From Desulfosoma sp. (GTDB lineage Bacteria; Desulfobacterota; Syntrophobacteria; Syntrophobacterales; DSM-9756), in the NCBI GenBank assembly GCA_037481835.1, contig JBBFKW010000001.1, positions 139,503 through 203,502 on the forward strand: 64,000 nt of DNA. The letters run 5' to 3'. The notes under the pieces are model-generated. The model was not told where the DNA came from and did not search any database. It saw only the letters and a program-made list of their open reading frames with translations. The position numbers and the translations under genes were made by a program. Position 1 is the stretch's first letter; each line of letters begins with the position of its first letter. Positions 18,693 to 26,948 of the stretch are shown here, piece after piece.

Positions 18693-19886
18693 TTACTTCC
18701 ACACAGCGTCCCAATCGATGGGATAGACGTAGGGCTTGGTGGCGAGTTCCTTCGGCCACACCAGTTCCAAGCGGCCGTCGATCCATTGGACCAGGTAGGT
18801 GGGCAGGCGGTTTTGGTTGGTTTTCTTATCGTAGGAAATGAATTTGACCGGCCCGAAGACCGTCATCATGTCGGTTTCCGAAAGGGCTTTTCGGATATCG
18901 TCGGCGCTCGTCGATTTGGCCCGCTTCAAAACGTCGGCGATGACGTAAGCCGCGGCGTAGGCTTCGGCCCCGTGATATTCGGTGTCCTTTTTATAAGTGG
19001 CGACGAACTTGTTGTAATAATCCATCGCCCCCGGATACTTGAGCGTCTGGTACCACAGGGTTGCCGAAAAAACCTTTTCCGCCGCCTTGCCGGCGTTCTT
19101 CGGAAATTCAGGCAAGGTGAATCCCGCGGCGCCGCCGACGAACAGCTTGGGTTTGATGCGCAGTTCCATGGCCTGGCGCATGAGCAGGGAGGCGTCCATG
19201 ACGTAGGAGATCATGTACACCAAGTCGGGGTTCTTGTCTTTGACCTTGACAAGGATCGGCTTGAAATCCACCCCGCCGTGTTCGTAGCCTTCGTCCACCA
19301 CGACCTGGATGCCCAGCCGTTCGCAGATGGCCTTGAATTCCTGCGATCCCGAACTGCCGAAGTTGGTGTTTTCATAGAGGATGGCGGCCGTCTTGGGTTT
19401 GACCACTTCGGTCAAAAAGGATTCCAAGGCTTTCGGGTATTCACTCACCGGCGGGTTCAGGCGGAAAATGTATTCCCAGCCCTGTTCGGTGATCTTGTCG
19501 TCGGACCCCGTGTTGACGAGAAACGGGATGCGGTTCTGCTGAGCCACTCCTGCGATGGCGAAGGTTTCCGAACTGCCGTAGCCGCCGCCCAGCATGAGGA
19601 CCTTGTCCTTGGTAATGAGCTTTTCCGCGGCCGATCGCGCCACTTCGGGTCGGCCTGTGTCGTCTTCAAAGAGGAATTCCAACTTCTTGCCGTTGATGCC
19701 GCCCGCCGCGTTGATTTCTTGGAGGGCCATTTCGAAGGAAAGTTTTTCAATTTCGCCAAAATTCGCCTTGGCCCCCGTAATGGGCAAAATAATGCCGACT
19801 TTGAGCGTGTCCGCGGCCCATGGGGATGCCACCCCGAAGGCTCCAACAAGAGTGAGGCACAGGGCAACACACAGTAGCTTTTTCAT
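18693..19886 (-). CDS. Leu/Ile/Val-type ABC substrate-binding protein
   Basis: Signal peptide, EINAAGGINGKKLE, type I PBP fold; first gene of the liv operon. Confidence 0.93.
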   Translation of the reverse strand: MKKLLCVALCLTLVGAFGVASPWAADTLKVGIILPITGAKANFGEIEKLSFEMALQEINAAGGINGKKLEFLFEDDTGRPEVARSAAEKLITKDKVLMLGGGYGSSETFAIAGVAQQNRIPFLVNTGSDDKITEQGWEYIFRLNPPVSEYPKALESFLTEVVKPKTAAILYENTNFGSSGSQEFKAICERLGIQVVVDEGYEHGGVDFKPILVKVKDKNPDLVYMISYVMDASLLMRQAMELRIKPKLFVGGAAGFTLPEFPKNAGKAAEKVFSATLWYQTLKYPGAMDYYNKFVATYKKDTEYHGAEAYAAAYVIADVLKRAKSTSADDIRKALSETDMMTVFGPVKFISYDKKTNQNRLPTYLVQWIDGRLELVWPKELATKPYVYPIDWDAVWK

Positions 19887-20115
19887 CGCGCATCCTCCTT
19901 GTTAAGAATGGTTGCTCGGAACACCGTCCTCAGGCTCTGCCGAAATTGCGGGTCTTCTTAAAGCGGTGGAGCCAAGGCATCGACTCTTGAAGGCGTGCTC
20001 GGGTCGTGAAGGCCCGACAAAAAAACCGAGAAATGGAACCCTTTGGAAACCGGCGTCGTTGACGGCGGCGGTTGAGCGGTTGGGGGTGGGATTTCGAGCC
20101 GGTTCGCCGCGTTCG

Positions 20116-20144
20116 AATCTATCCGCCGTCTCCCTTTCTGTCAA
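20116..20144 (-). promoter_or_regulatory. Sigma70-type promoter of the liv operon
   Basis: TTGACA-17 bp-TAGATT on the minus strand. Confidence 0.6.
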
Positions 20145-20183
20145 GCCTTGCCCGAAAAGGGGAGTTTGTTGGAGGCCGTTTGA

Positions 20184-21155
20184 TCAGTAAAAAATCGTGC
20201 GGCACCGATGGTACGGGCGGCGCCGGAAGGCTTGGCGCTGGCCCAAAGACCACAGCCAATGATCCACATGAACACTTGTCACCTTCGCGGCCCCTTGTCG
20301 GTGAAAAGCTTCTTTGAGTTTTTCCACCGCCACGATGGTCGCCGCCCGGATTTCGATTTCTTCGCGGGATCCGGACAGGAGGTATCGGCCTGCGTCGATC
20401 CGATCCTCCAAATCCCGCCGATACCGGAGGATGCCCATTTCTCGAAGCACCTGGGGCAGTTTGTAGTCGGCAAAGGCCGTCAGGCGTTCTATGTCCTCAA
20501 ACCGACCCAGCCCTTGCCCTTCGAACGCCGCATGGAGATCCGCCGCAAAGATTTGGGCGCGCTTCCAAAAATAGACCCGTTGCCCGTCCAGCACGAACTC
20601 ATCGCGAAAGCTCATGAAATCCTCGGCCAATCGCGCCGCAAGGCGGCAGGCGGACCCATCGGCCCACGCCACAAGGTGCCGCACATCGCCGCCCCATTTG
20701 TCCAAAAGAACCCGGCCGGCTTCGCGCACGTTTTCCAGGCGGGCCTCAAAAAGGGGGATCCGCCCTGTTCCCTCGAAAACCCGGGCAAGATCACCGGGGC
20801 TCATGGCGAGAAGGAATCGGGCGTCGGTGAGCGGCATCCCGTCCAGGTAGGCTTTCTTGAGGGCGGCGGCCAAACCGCAATAGCCCGAATACCGCGTGCC
20901 GTCCAAAACCGTTTCCCAGAGGGGCTCCCCGGGATCGGGCCAAAAGCAGTGGTTCAGGACATCGAGCACAAAGATCCAGCGCGCCGTTTCTTCCGTCCCG
21001 TCCCAAAAATGAAAGGGTTCCCGCCAGGACGGCCGTTCCTCGAGGAGATGGCCCCAAGCCCTGACGGCGGGATCCACCGCCGCGCCCTCGATGGCCACGA
21101 AGCGCGCTCGGGCCGTCACCGCCCGGGCAGAATCCAGCACGGGAAATCCTTGCAC
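20184..21155 (-). CDS. Queuosine salvage hydrolase family protein (DUF2419 / Qng1-like)
   Basis: DVLNHCFW, FRD, FWKRAQI, FADYKLPQVL, EIEIRAA, D.WLW, PYHRCRTIFY; GTG start with AAGGAGG RBS. Confidence 0.88.
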   Translation of the reverse strand: MQGFPVLDSARAVTARARFVAIEGAAVDPAVRAWGHLLEERPSWREPFHFWDGTEETARWIFVLDVLNHCFWPDPGEPLWETVLDGTRYSGYCGLAAALKKAYLDGMPLTDARFLLAMSPGDLARVFEGTGRIPLFEARLENVREAGRVLLDKWGGDVRHLVAWADGSACRLAARLAEDFMSFRDEFVLDGQRVYFWKRAQIFAADLHAAFEGQGLGRFEDIERLTAFADYKLPQVLREMGILRYRRDLEDRIDAGRYLLSGSREEIEIRAATIVAVEKLKEAFHRQGAAKVTSVHVDHWLWSLGQRQAFRRRPYHRCRTIFY

Positions 21156-21201
21156 CTTCCCGCCTCCTTTATCCAAATGATTTAAAGGTCCGGGGATTCG
21201 T

Positions 21202-21293
21202 GTTGCAGGTGAGCGTGCGAACCCCAACCTACGGCCTCATTCAAGAATTCGGCCGGCCAGACGTAGGTTGGGGTGAGCGAAGCGAACCCCAAC
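21202..21293. repeat. Divergent pair of GTAG-type REP elements
   Basis: GTAGGTTGGGGTGAGCGAAGCGAACCCCAAC at 21263-21293 (+) and a variant on the minus strand at about 21202-21232. Confidence 0.85.
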
Positions 21294-21392
21294 ACCCTCT
21301 CCCGCCCGTGCCGGAACTCCTCCCCCCCAGGGCTCGGAGGCTCCCCTCGGCCCCGGGCCAAGGCCTCTTGGGCACACGGTCCCGACATGCCC

Positions 21393-22757
21393 CTAGGGCT
21401 CGCGGTTTTCCGACCGGTTTCCGGCTCCTTCCCGCAGCCACTGGAGGAGGAACGCCCGCGTGTTCTTGGTCGGATCCTTCACCACCACAGCCAGGGCCCG
21501 TTTCAGGATCCGGCCCACCTCGGGGCCCTGAGCCACACCCGCTACGGCCATGACGTCCCGGCCGGTGATCGCCAGAGCTTTTTCCGTCAAAGCGGGTTTT
21601 TCATCCAGGATCCGCCGGATCCTCACGGCAAGCCGTTCCACCGAGCCCAAGGGATCGTCTTCTGTTCCGTGGGCCAACCGATCTGCCCGGACAAGATCCA
21701 GAAAATCTTCCAAAAGGGGTTCACCGACCCTTTGGATCAGTCGCCGCACGGCCCCGTCCTTCCACGAGTCCGTAGAATGGACCATGTGGTTTTCCACCAG
21801 GGTGACCACCTCTTCGCTCAGTTTTTTCGGCGTGAGCCACCGGGCCAAAATATCCGAGGCCATCCGGGCGCTGAGCTTTTCATGCCCGTAGAAGCGATAA
21901 ACTCCGCGAATCTTTTGGCGCACCCGGGGTTTGCCGATATCGTGCAAAAGGGCCGCCAGCCGGACCCGAAGCCTCGGCGGGCTGAAGCCGACGCTCAGGA
22001 GCGTGTGCCGGTAAATGTCGTGGCGATGGTAGTGATTCTGGCGCTTGCGCCAGCCTTCGAGAAGTTCCGGGAAGAAAACGGCCGTCAGGCCCGTGCGGCG
22101 GCACAGCTCCAAGGCGTCCACCGCGTGAGGGCCCGTGATCAGCTTGAAGAACTCGTCCCGGACCCTTTCCATGGCCGCCCGGGCCAACCAAGGCGCGGCC
22201 CGACCCATCGCCTCGAGAGTTGAGCGGCTCACCCTGAAACCGAAACAGGCGACCAGACGAGCGGCTCGAAGGGGCCGCAAGGGATCTTCCCGAAATCGCG
22301 CCACAGGGTCCAAGACCCCGCGAAGCCTTCCTGCGGCCAAGTCTTTGCGGCCCCCGAAAGGATCCAGGAAAATGCCGTCGGGATAAGACAGCGCCATGGC
22401 ATTGATGGTGAAGTCCCGTCGTTCCAGGTCCTTGACGATCCCGTCTTGGCCGTGTGCGGTCCAGGATGTGATTTCTACCGGCCCGTCGGGGGTGATCGCA
22501 TGGAGGGTCCTGTGCCGCAGTCCGAACGTCACCAATCGGTACCGCAGGCTGAGCACCCCATGGACGGATTCGGGCGGGGCGTTGGTGGAAAAATCCCAGT
22601 CGGCGGGCCTTTTGCCCAAAAGGTGATCGCGCACCGCCCCGCCCACGAGCCACACACCGTAGCCCGCCTCCGTGATTCGCCGTGCCACGTCCTTGACCGA
22701 TTCGGGCATGTGGGCAAAGACTTCCTTCGGGTCCATGGGATCCCGCACCCTTTCCAC
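21393..22757 (-). CDS. Class II tRNA nucleotidyltransferase with HD domain
   Basis: VGGAVRD...DWD, DLERRDFTINAMA, FREDPLR, H...AALLHDIGKP; start 22757 or 22736. Confidence 0.93.
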   Translation of the reverse strand: MERVRDPMDPKEVFAHMPESVKDVARRITEAGYGVWLVGGAVRDHLLGKRPADWDFSTNAPPESVHGVLSLRYRLVTFGLRHRTLHAITPDGPVEITSWTAHGQDGIVKDLERRDFTINAMALSYPDGIFLDPFGGRKDLAAGRLRGVLDPVARFREDPLRPLRAARLVACFGFRVSRSTLEAMGRAAPWLARAAMERVRDEFFKLITGPHAVDALELCRRTGLTAVFFPELLEGWRKRQNHYHRHDIYRHTLLSVGFSPPRLRVRLAALLHDIGKPRVRQKIRGVYRFYGHEKLSARMASDILARWLTPKKLSEEVVTLVENHMVHSTDSWKDGAVRRLIQRVGEPLLEDFLDLVRADRLAHGTEDDPLGSVERLAVRIRRILDEKPALTEKALAITGRDVMAVAGVAQGPEVGRILKRALAVVVKDPTKNTRAFLLQWLREGAGNRSENREP

Positions 22758-22808
22758 AATTTTTCTTGATCTCCGCTTTTTTTGCCTATATTAGAAGGGT
22801 CGTGGGCG

Positions 22809-22976
22809 ATGCACAAGGATGCGGTCATCACGAAGGAGGCAGCTGTGGACGCCGTTCGGGTGATGGAAGAAGCCAATCGGATCATCGAGGATTTCCCTCT
22901 GCATCAGTACGTGCTCTACGCCATGCTTTTCATTTTGGAAATCGCCATCGCTTTTTGGATCGCCCTGAGCTTGTAG
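22809..22976 (+). CDS. Small hypothetical membrane protein (55 aa)
   Basis: Clean ORF with a C-terminal hydrophobic helix YVLYAMLFILEIAIAFWIALSL, in an intergenic gap. Confidence 0.55.
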   Translation: MHKDAVITKEAAVDAVRVMEEANRIIEDFPLHQYVLYAMLFILEIAIAFWIALSL

Positions 22977-23038
22977 GCGCAGGGTCCGAGCCCCTGCGGG
23001 CCCTCGGCTGAAATCCAACGAGGATGAGGAAGAGCTTC

Positions 23039-23137
23039 ATGTATCAAGACCTTCTGCGCGGACTAAGCCTTCTTTTGTTGCTTAGCAACGGGACCCAGGT
23101 GGGGGAACCCTTCGTCTTCCGTGTGCGCAGAAGGTGA
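23039..23137 (+). CDS. Leucine-rich leader peptide of leuA (MYQDLLRGLSLLLLLSNGTQVGEPFVFRVRRR)
   Basis: 8 Leu codons, 5 consecutive (CTT CTT TTG TTG CTT); GAGGA RBS; alternative in-frame ATG at 23024. Confidence 0.75.
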   Translation: MYQDLLRGLSLLLLLSNGTQVGEPFVFRVRRR

Positions 23138-23161
23138 CGTAAGCCGCAAGGACAGGACGCG

Positions 23162-23197
23162 AAGGCCATGGGTTCCACCCCATGGCCTTTTTTATTT
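23162..23197 (+). terminator. Attenuator terminator upstream of leuA
   Basis: AAGGCCATGGG-ttccac-CCCATGGCCTT perfect 11-bp stem followed by TTTTATTT. Confidence 0.85.
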
Positions 23198-23327
23198 GCC
23201 GAGAAAGGAGGTGATGGACATGGGACTTGGCGGTCCAGCGGATTTGGCTGACGAAGCCGGCCCGCTATGGCACGGCGGATCGGGAAAAAACCATGGAAAG
23301 ACCCCTCGAAAACGAAAGGACGAGAGC

Positions 23328-24842
23328 ATGAGTCGTAAAATCTATGTCTTCGACACCACCCTGCGGGACGGGGAACAGGTCCCCGGAGCCAAACTCAACC
23401 GACGCCAAAAGCTGGAAATCGCCGAGCAACTGGCCCGGCTGGGCGTGGACGTCATCGAAGCCGGCTTTCCCTGTTCTTCCCCGGACGACCTCAAGGCGGT
23501 CCAAACCGTGGCCGAGCAGGTCAGGGGTCCCGTCATTGCGGGCCTGGCCCGGGCCGTCCCCTCGGACATCGATATCGCCTGGGAAGCCGTCAAGAAGGCG
23601 GAACGGCCCCGCATTCACGTCTTTCTCGGCTCGTCCGACATCCACTTGCAAAAGAAGCTGCGCCGCGACCGGGAAAGCGCTTTGCAGCAGGCGGTGGATG
23701 CCGTCAAGTACGCCAAGAAATATTGCGAGGACGTGGAATATTCCACGGAAGACGCCTCCAGGAGCGATTTCGAATATCTGTGCCGCGTCATCGAAGCCTG
23801 CATCAAGGCCGGCGCCACCGTGATCAACGTTCCGGACACGGTGGGCTACGCCATTCCGGATCAATACGGGGAACTCATTCGCAATCTGCGGGAACGGGTC
23901 CCGGCCCTGGACAAGGTCATTTTGAGCGTGCACTGCCACAATGATCTGGGGCTGGCCGTGGCCAACAGTCTGGCGGCGATCCGAAACGGCGCCCAACAGG
24001 TGGAATGCACCATCAACGGCGTCGGGGAACGGGCCGGCAACGCCTCCTTGGAAGAAATCGTCATGGCCCTTCGGACCCGGGAATCGTTCTACGACGCCCA
24101 CACGGACATTGTGACGACGGAAATCTACCGCACGAGCCGCATGGTGAGCCGCCTCATGAACATCCCCGTCCAGCCCAACAAGGCCATCGTCGGGGCCAAC
24201 GCCTTTGCCCATTCCTCGGGCATCCACCAGGACGGGATCCTCAAGGATCGCTCCACCTACGAAATCATCCGCCCCGAGGACGTGGGCGTCAAAGCCCACA
24301 GCCTGGTGCTCACGGCACGATCCGGACGGGCCGCCCTGCGCCATCGTTTGAAGGAACTGGGCTACAACCTGACGGACGAACAGTTCGAACGTGTCCACAA
24401 GCGGTTTATCAACGTGGCCGACCGCAAGAAGGAAATTTCCGGGCAGGATCTCACAAGTATCGTGGAAATCGAACTCACCAAGGTGCCGGAGACCTACACG
24501 TTCCACAGCCTGCAGATCATGAGCGGCAACACGATGCAGCCTCTGGCCTGCGTCACCCTGGTCAAGGACGGTCAACCCCTGACCGACGCCGCCACCGGCA
24601 ACGGCCCCGTGAACGCCGTCTTCAACTGCATTGAACGCATCACGGGCCAGGAAGGAACCCTGCGGGACTACGATCTCAAGGCCGTCACCATGGGCAAGGA
24701 CGCCTTGGGCGAAGCCATGGTGCGTGTGGAAATCAACGGCAGTGTGTATTCGGGAGTCGGCACCAGCCCGGACGTCATCGAGGCCAGCGCCCGGGCTTAC
24801 GTGAACGCCTTCAACCGGTTTTTCGCCAACGGCACCGCCTAG
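23328..24842 (+). CDS. leuA: 2-isopropylmalate synthase
   Basis: [45 protein letters not shown], regulatory domain GNGPV; possible upstream start at 23220. Confidence 0.97.
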   Translation: MSRKIYVFDTTLRDGEQVPGAKLNRRQKLEIAEQLARLGVDVIEAGFPCSSPDDLKAVQTVAEQVRGPVIAGLARAVPSDIDIAWEAVKKAERPRIHVFLGSSDIHLQKKLRRDRESALQQAVDAVKYAKKYCEDVEYSTEDASRSDFEYLCRVIEACIKAGATVINVPDTVGYAIPDQYGELIRNLRERVPALDKVILSVHCHNDLGLAVANSLAAIRNGAQQVECTINGVGERAGNASLEEIVMALRTRESFYDAHTDIVTTEIYRTSRMVSRLMNIPVQPNKAIVGANAFAHSSGIHQDGILKDRSTYEIIRPEDVGVKAHSLVLTARSGRAALRHRLKELGYNLTDEQFERVHKRFINVADRKKEISGQDLTSIVEIELTKVPETYTFHSLQIMSGNTMQPLACVTLVKDGQPLTDAATGNGPVNAVFNCIERITGQEGTLRDYDLKAVTMGKDALGEAMVRVEINGSVYSGVGTSPDVIEASARAYVNAFNRFFANGTA

Positions 24843-24916
24843 TGGGGGGAATTCCCCCCTCCATCCCCGCCCCTCTTGCCTATGGCGAGGAAGAGGGGAC
24901 CAAGGGGGACGGAACG

Positions 24917-26110
24917 TTACCCCGGGCGCTCCCCAGGGGAACGGCCGTCCCCCATCCCGGGGCTTTCCGCCCCTCGGCAAGGCTCGGCTTCGGGTTCCGG
25001 TTCGGTCGACGCCGGCGGCTCTTCCAGGATATCGCGGTATTCCACTTGGTAGATATAGAGCATGACCATGGCGAAGGCGAGGATGAGCGGCCCGTAGACG
25101 ATCCCCGCCAGCCCGAACCATTGCACGCCGCCCAAGATGGCCAGGAAAATGTAGAACGTGGACATGCCCGCCTGACCCTTCATGAAGAAGGGCCGAAGAA
25201 AATTGTCGATGGATCCCACCAGGATGATAGACCAGAGGGTGAGAAATAGGGCGGCGCCGGTCCTGCCCAGAATGAGGAGGTAGAGGACCGCGGGCACCCA
25301 CACGAGCGCCGTTCCCACCACGGGAATAAACGAGGTGAAGGCCATGAGCGTTCCCCAGAAAAGGCCGGGGATGCCGACGAGCCTGAGACCGATCCCGCCG
25401 GCCACCCCTTGGGCCACGGCCGTGAGAAAGCTCCCCAAGAGGGCCGATCGGGCCACGGCTTGCATTTTCTGGAGGATGCGGTCTTCTTGGTCTTCGCGAA
25501 GGGGGGAAAGGGCCTTGACGGCGGCGATCATGGATGCGCCGTCGCGAAGCATGTAAAAGAGGAAGAAGATCAGGAGGAAAAACCGCGTCACCAGCGTTGC
25601 CGCATCGCCCAGGAGCACCGCGCCGCGGTTGATCAAAAACTGCCCCACGTTCTTGCTCAGCGCCAAAAGATGGCTTTCCAGCTGGAGCTTGGAAAAATCC
25701 ACAAAGGTCAGGTGGGTTTGGAGCCAGCCCAGACCCTGGACGACTTTGGGGTGGGCGGCGATCTTCTGAAGATTTCCCTGTCGGATCCATTCCGTGACGC
25801 GGCTGATGGAATCGATCCCTTGGGCGACGAGGCTGGTGGCGAAAAAGACGGACGGGAGCGCAATGAGGAAGGTGACCAAAGCCACCGTGAGTAAGGCGGC
25901 CGCGTTCTTTCGGCCGTGAACCTTCCTGAGAATCCAGGCGTGCACCGGGCCGAACAGGCTGGCCAGAAGGACGGCGAACACCCCCGTGTGCAGAAACGGC
26001 TTGACGATACCGAAAACCAGGTAGAGAGAAAAAAAGAGGAGGACCAAGAGGAAAAACCGGTAGCCGGTTTTCACCGGGTCCCGGGGCGGAGCGGCATCCT
26101 CTTTATGCAT
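24917..26110 (-). CDS. AI-2E family transporter
   Basis: IPVVGTALVWVP, IDNFLRP, GGVQWFGLAGIVYGP. Confidence 0.92.
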   Translation of the reverse strand: MHKEDAAPPRDPVKTGYRFFLLVLLFFSLYLVFGIVKPFLHTGVFAVLLASLFGPVHAWILRKVHGRKNAAALLTVALVTFLIALPSVFFATSLVAQGIDSISRVTEWIRQGNLQKIAAHPKVVQGLGWLQTHLTFVDFSKLQLESHLLALSKNVGQFLINRGAVLLGDAATLVTRFFLLIFFLFYMLRDGASMIAAVKALSPLREDQEDRILQKMQAVARSALLGSFLTAVAQGVAGGIGLRLVGIPGLFWGTLMAFTSFIPVVGTALVWVPAVLYLLILGRTGAALFLTLWSIILVGSIDNFLRPFFMKGQAGMSTFYIFLAILGGVQWFGLAGIVYGPLILAFAMVMLYIYQVEYRDILEEPPASTEPEPEAEPCRGAESPGMGDGRSPGERPG

Positions 26111-26167
26111 CCTTGAAGCCTTTCGTCACAACCCGCAGGGCTCGAAATCCACGAGGGCCGGCCGGGA

Positions 26168-26761
26168 TCACGGCAATTGCTGGGCTTTTTTCTTGTAAGT
26201 CTTGGCCGTTTCCGGCTGGTTCAGCATCTCGTAGAGGAACGATTCCAGGAGATAGGTTTCTTTGAGGCCCTTGGGGTTGTCGGTCAGGAGGATTTCCGCT
26301 TTCTTGGCGAACTCCAAGGATCGCTTAGGAACGTTTTTCTGGAGCCACACCTTGGCCAACCCCAGGAACGCCAGCCCGTTGTAGCCGTCCACCTGGACGG
26401 CCTGCTCGTAAAAACCCAAAGCGCCGTCGGGGTCCCCTTTGGCCAAAGCCCGATCCCCTTCCTGGACGAGTTGGACGGAGGCGAGATACTGAGGGGACGG
26501 CTCCGCCGGCGCCGCAGTTTTTGGCGCCGATACCGGCGGTTGCTGGGCTTGAGTCAACTCCTTTTCTTTGATGGGTGCCGACGGCGCGGTTGCCTGAACC
26601 TTTTGTTCCGGGACCTTTGCGGCTTCGGTCTTGGGAGCCGGCTGCGAGCTCGGCCAGGATCCGGGAATGAGCACCGGGCGCTTGGGCGTGCAGCCCAATG
26701 CCACGGCCAACCCCACACATGTCAAGAAAAACGCCAGGCCCTCGGGCCGAGCCATCCTCAT
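26168..26761 (-). CDS. TPR-containing lipoprotein (LpoP-like)
   Basis: Lipobox ALGC, Pro/Ala/Gln-rich linker, C-terminal TPR helices; AAGGAG RBS. Confidence 0.8.
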   Translation of the reverse strand: MRMARPEGLAFFLTCVGLAVALGCTPKRPVLIPGSWPSSQPAPKTEAAKVPEQKVQATAPSAPIKEKELTQAQQPPVSAPKTAAPAEPSPQYLASVQLVQEGDRALAKGDPDGALGFYEQAVQVDGYNGLAFLGLAKVWLQKNVPKRSLEFAKKAEILLTDNPKGLKETYLLESFLYEMLNQPETAKTYKKKAQQLP

Positions 26762-26948
26762 CGCCACTCCTTCGTGACCTGCAAATCTTGGGTTTCCTTA
26801 TTCGCCTTCCCGGATGCCGAAAGGCGTTCCTTCGCGCTTCCGCGCGCTCCCCTATGGGGCATGGCCGCCCACCCCCGCCGCCTCATGGAGAAGATGTTCG
26901 GTTCTTCATGAAACGCCCTTTCAGCCTACAGACAGGAACCCCTTGTCG

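Noticed and set aside
19887..20110. Attenuator or riboswitch in the ~220-nt liv leader
   Set aside because: A U-tract exists, but no convincing stem, leader peptide or known aptamer consensus could be identified.
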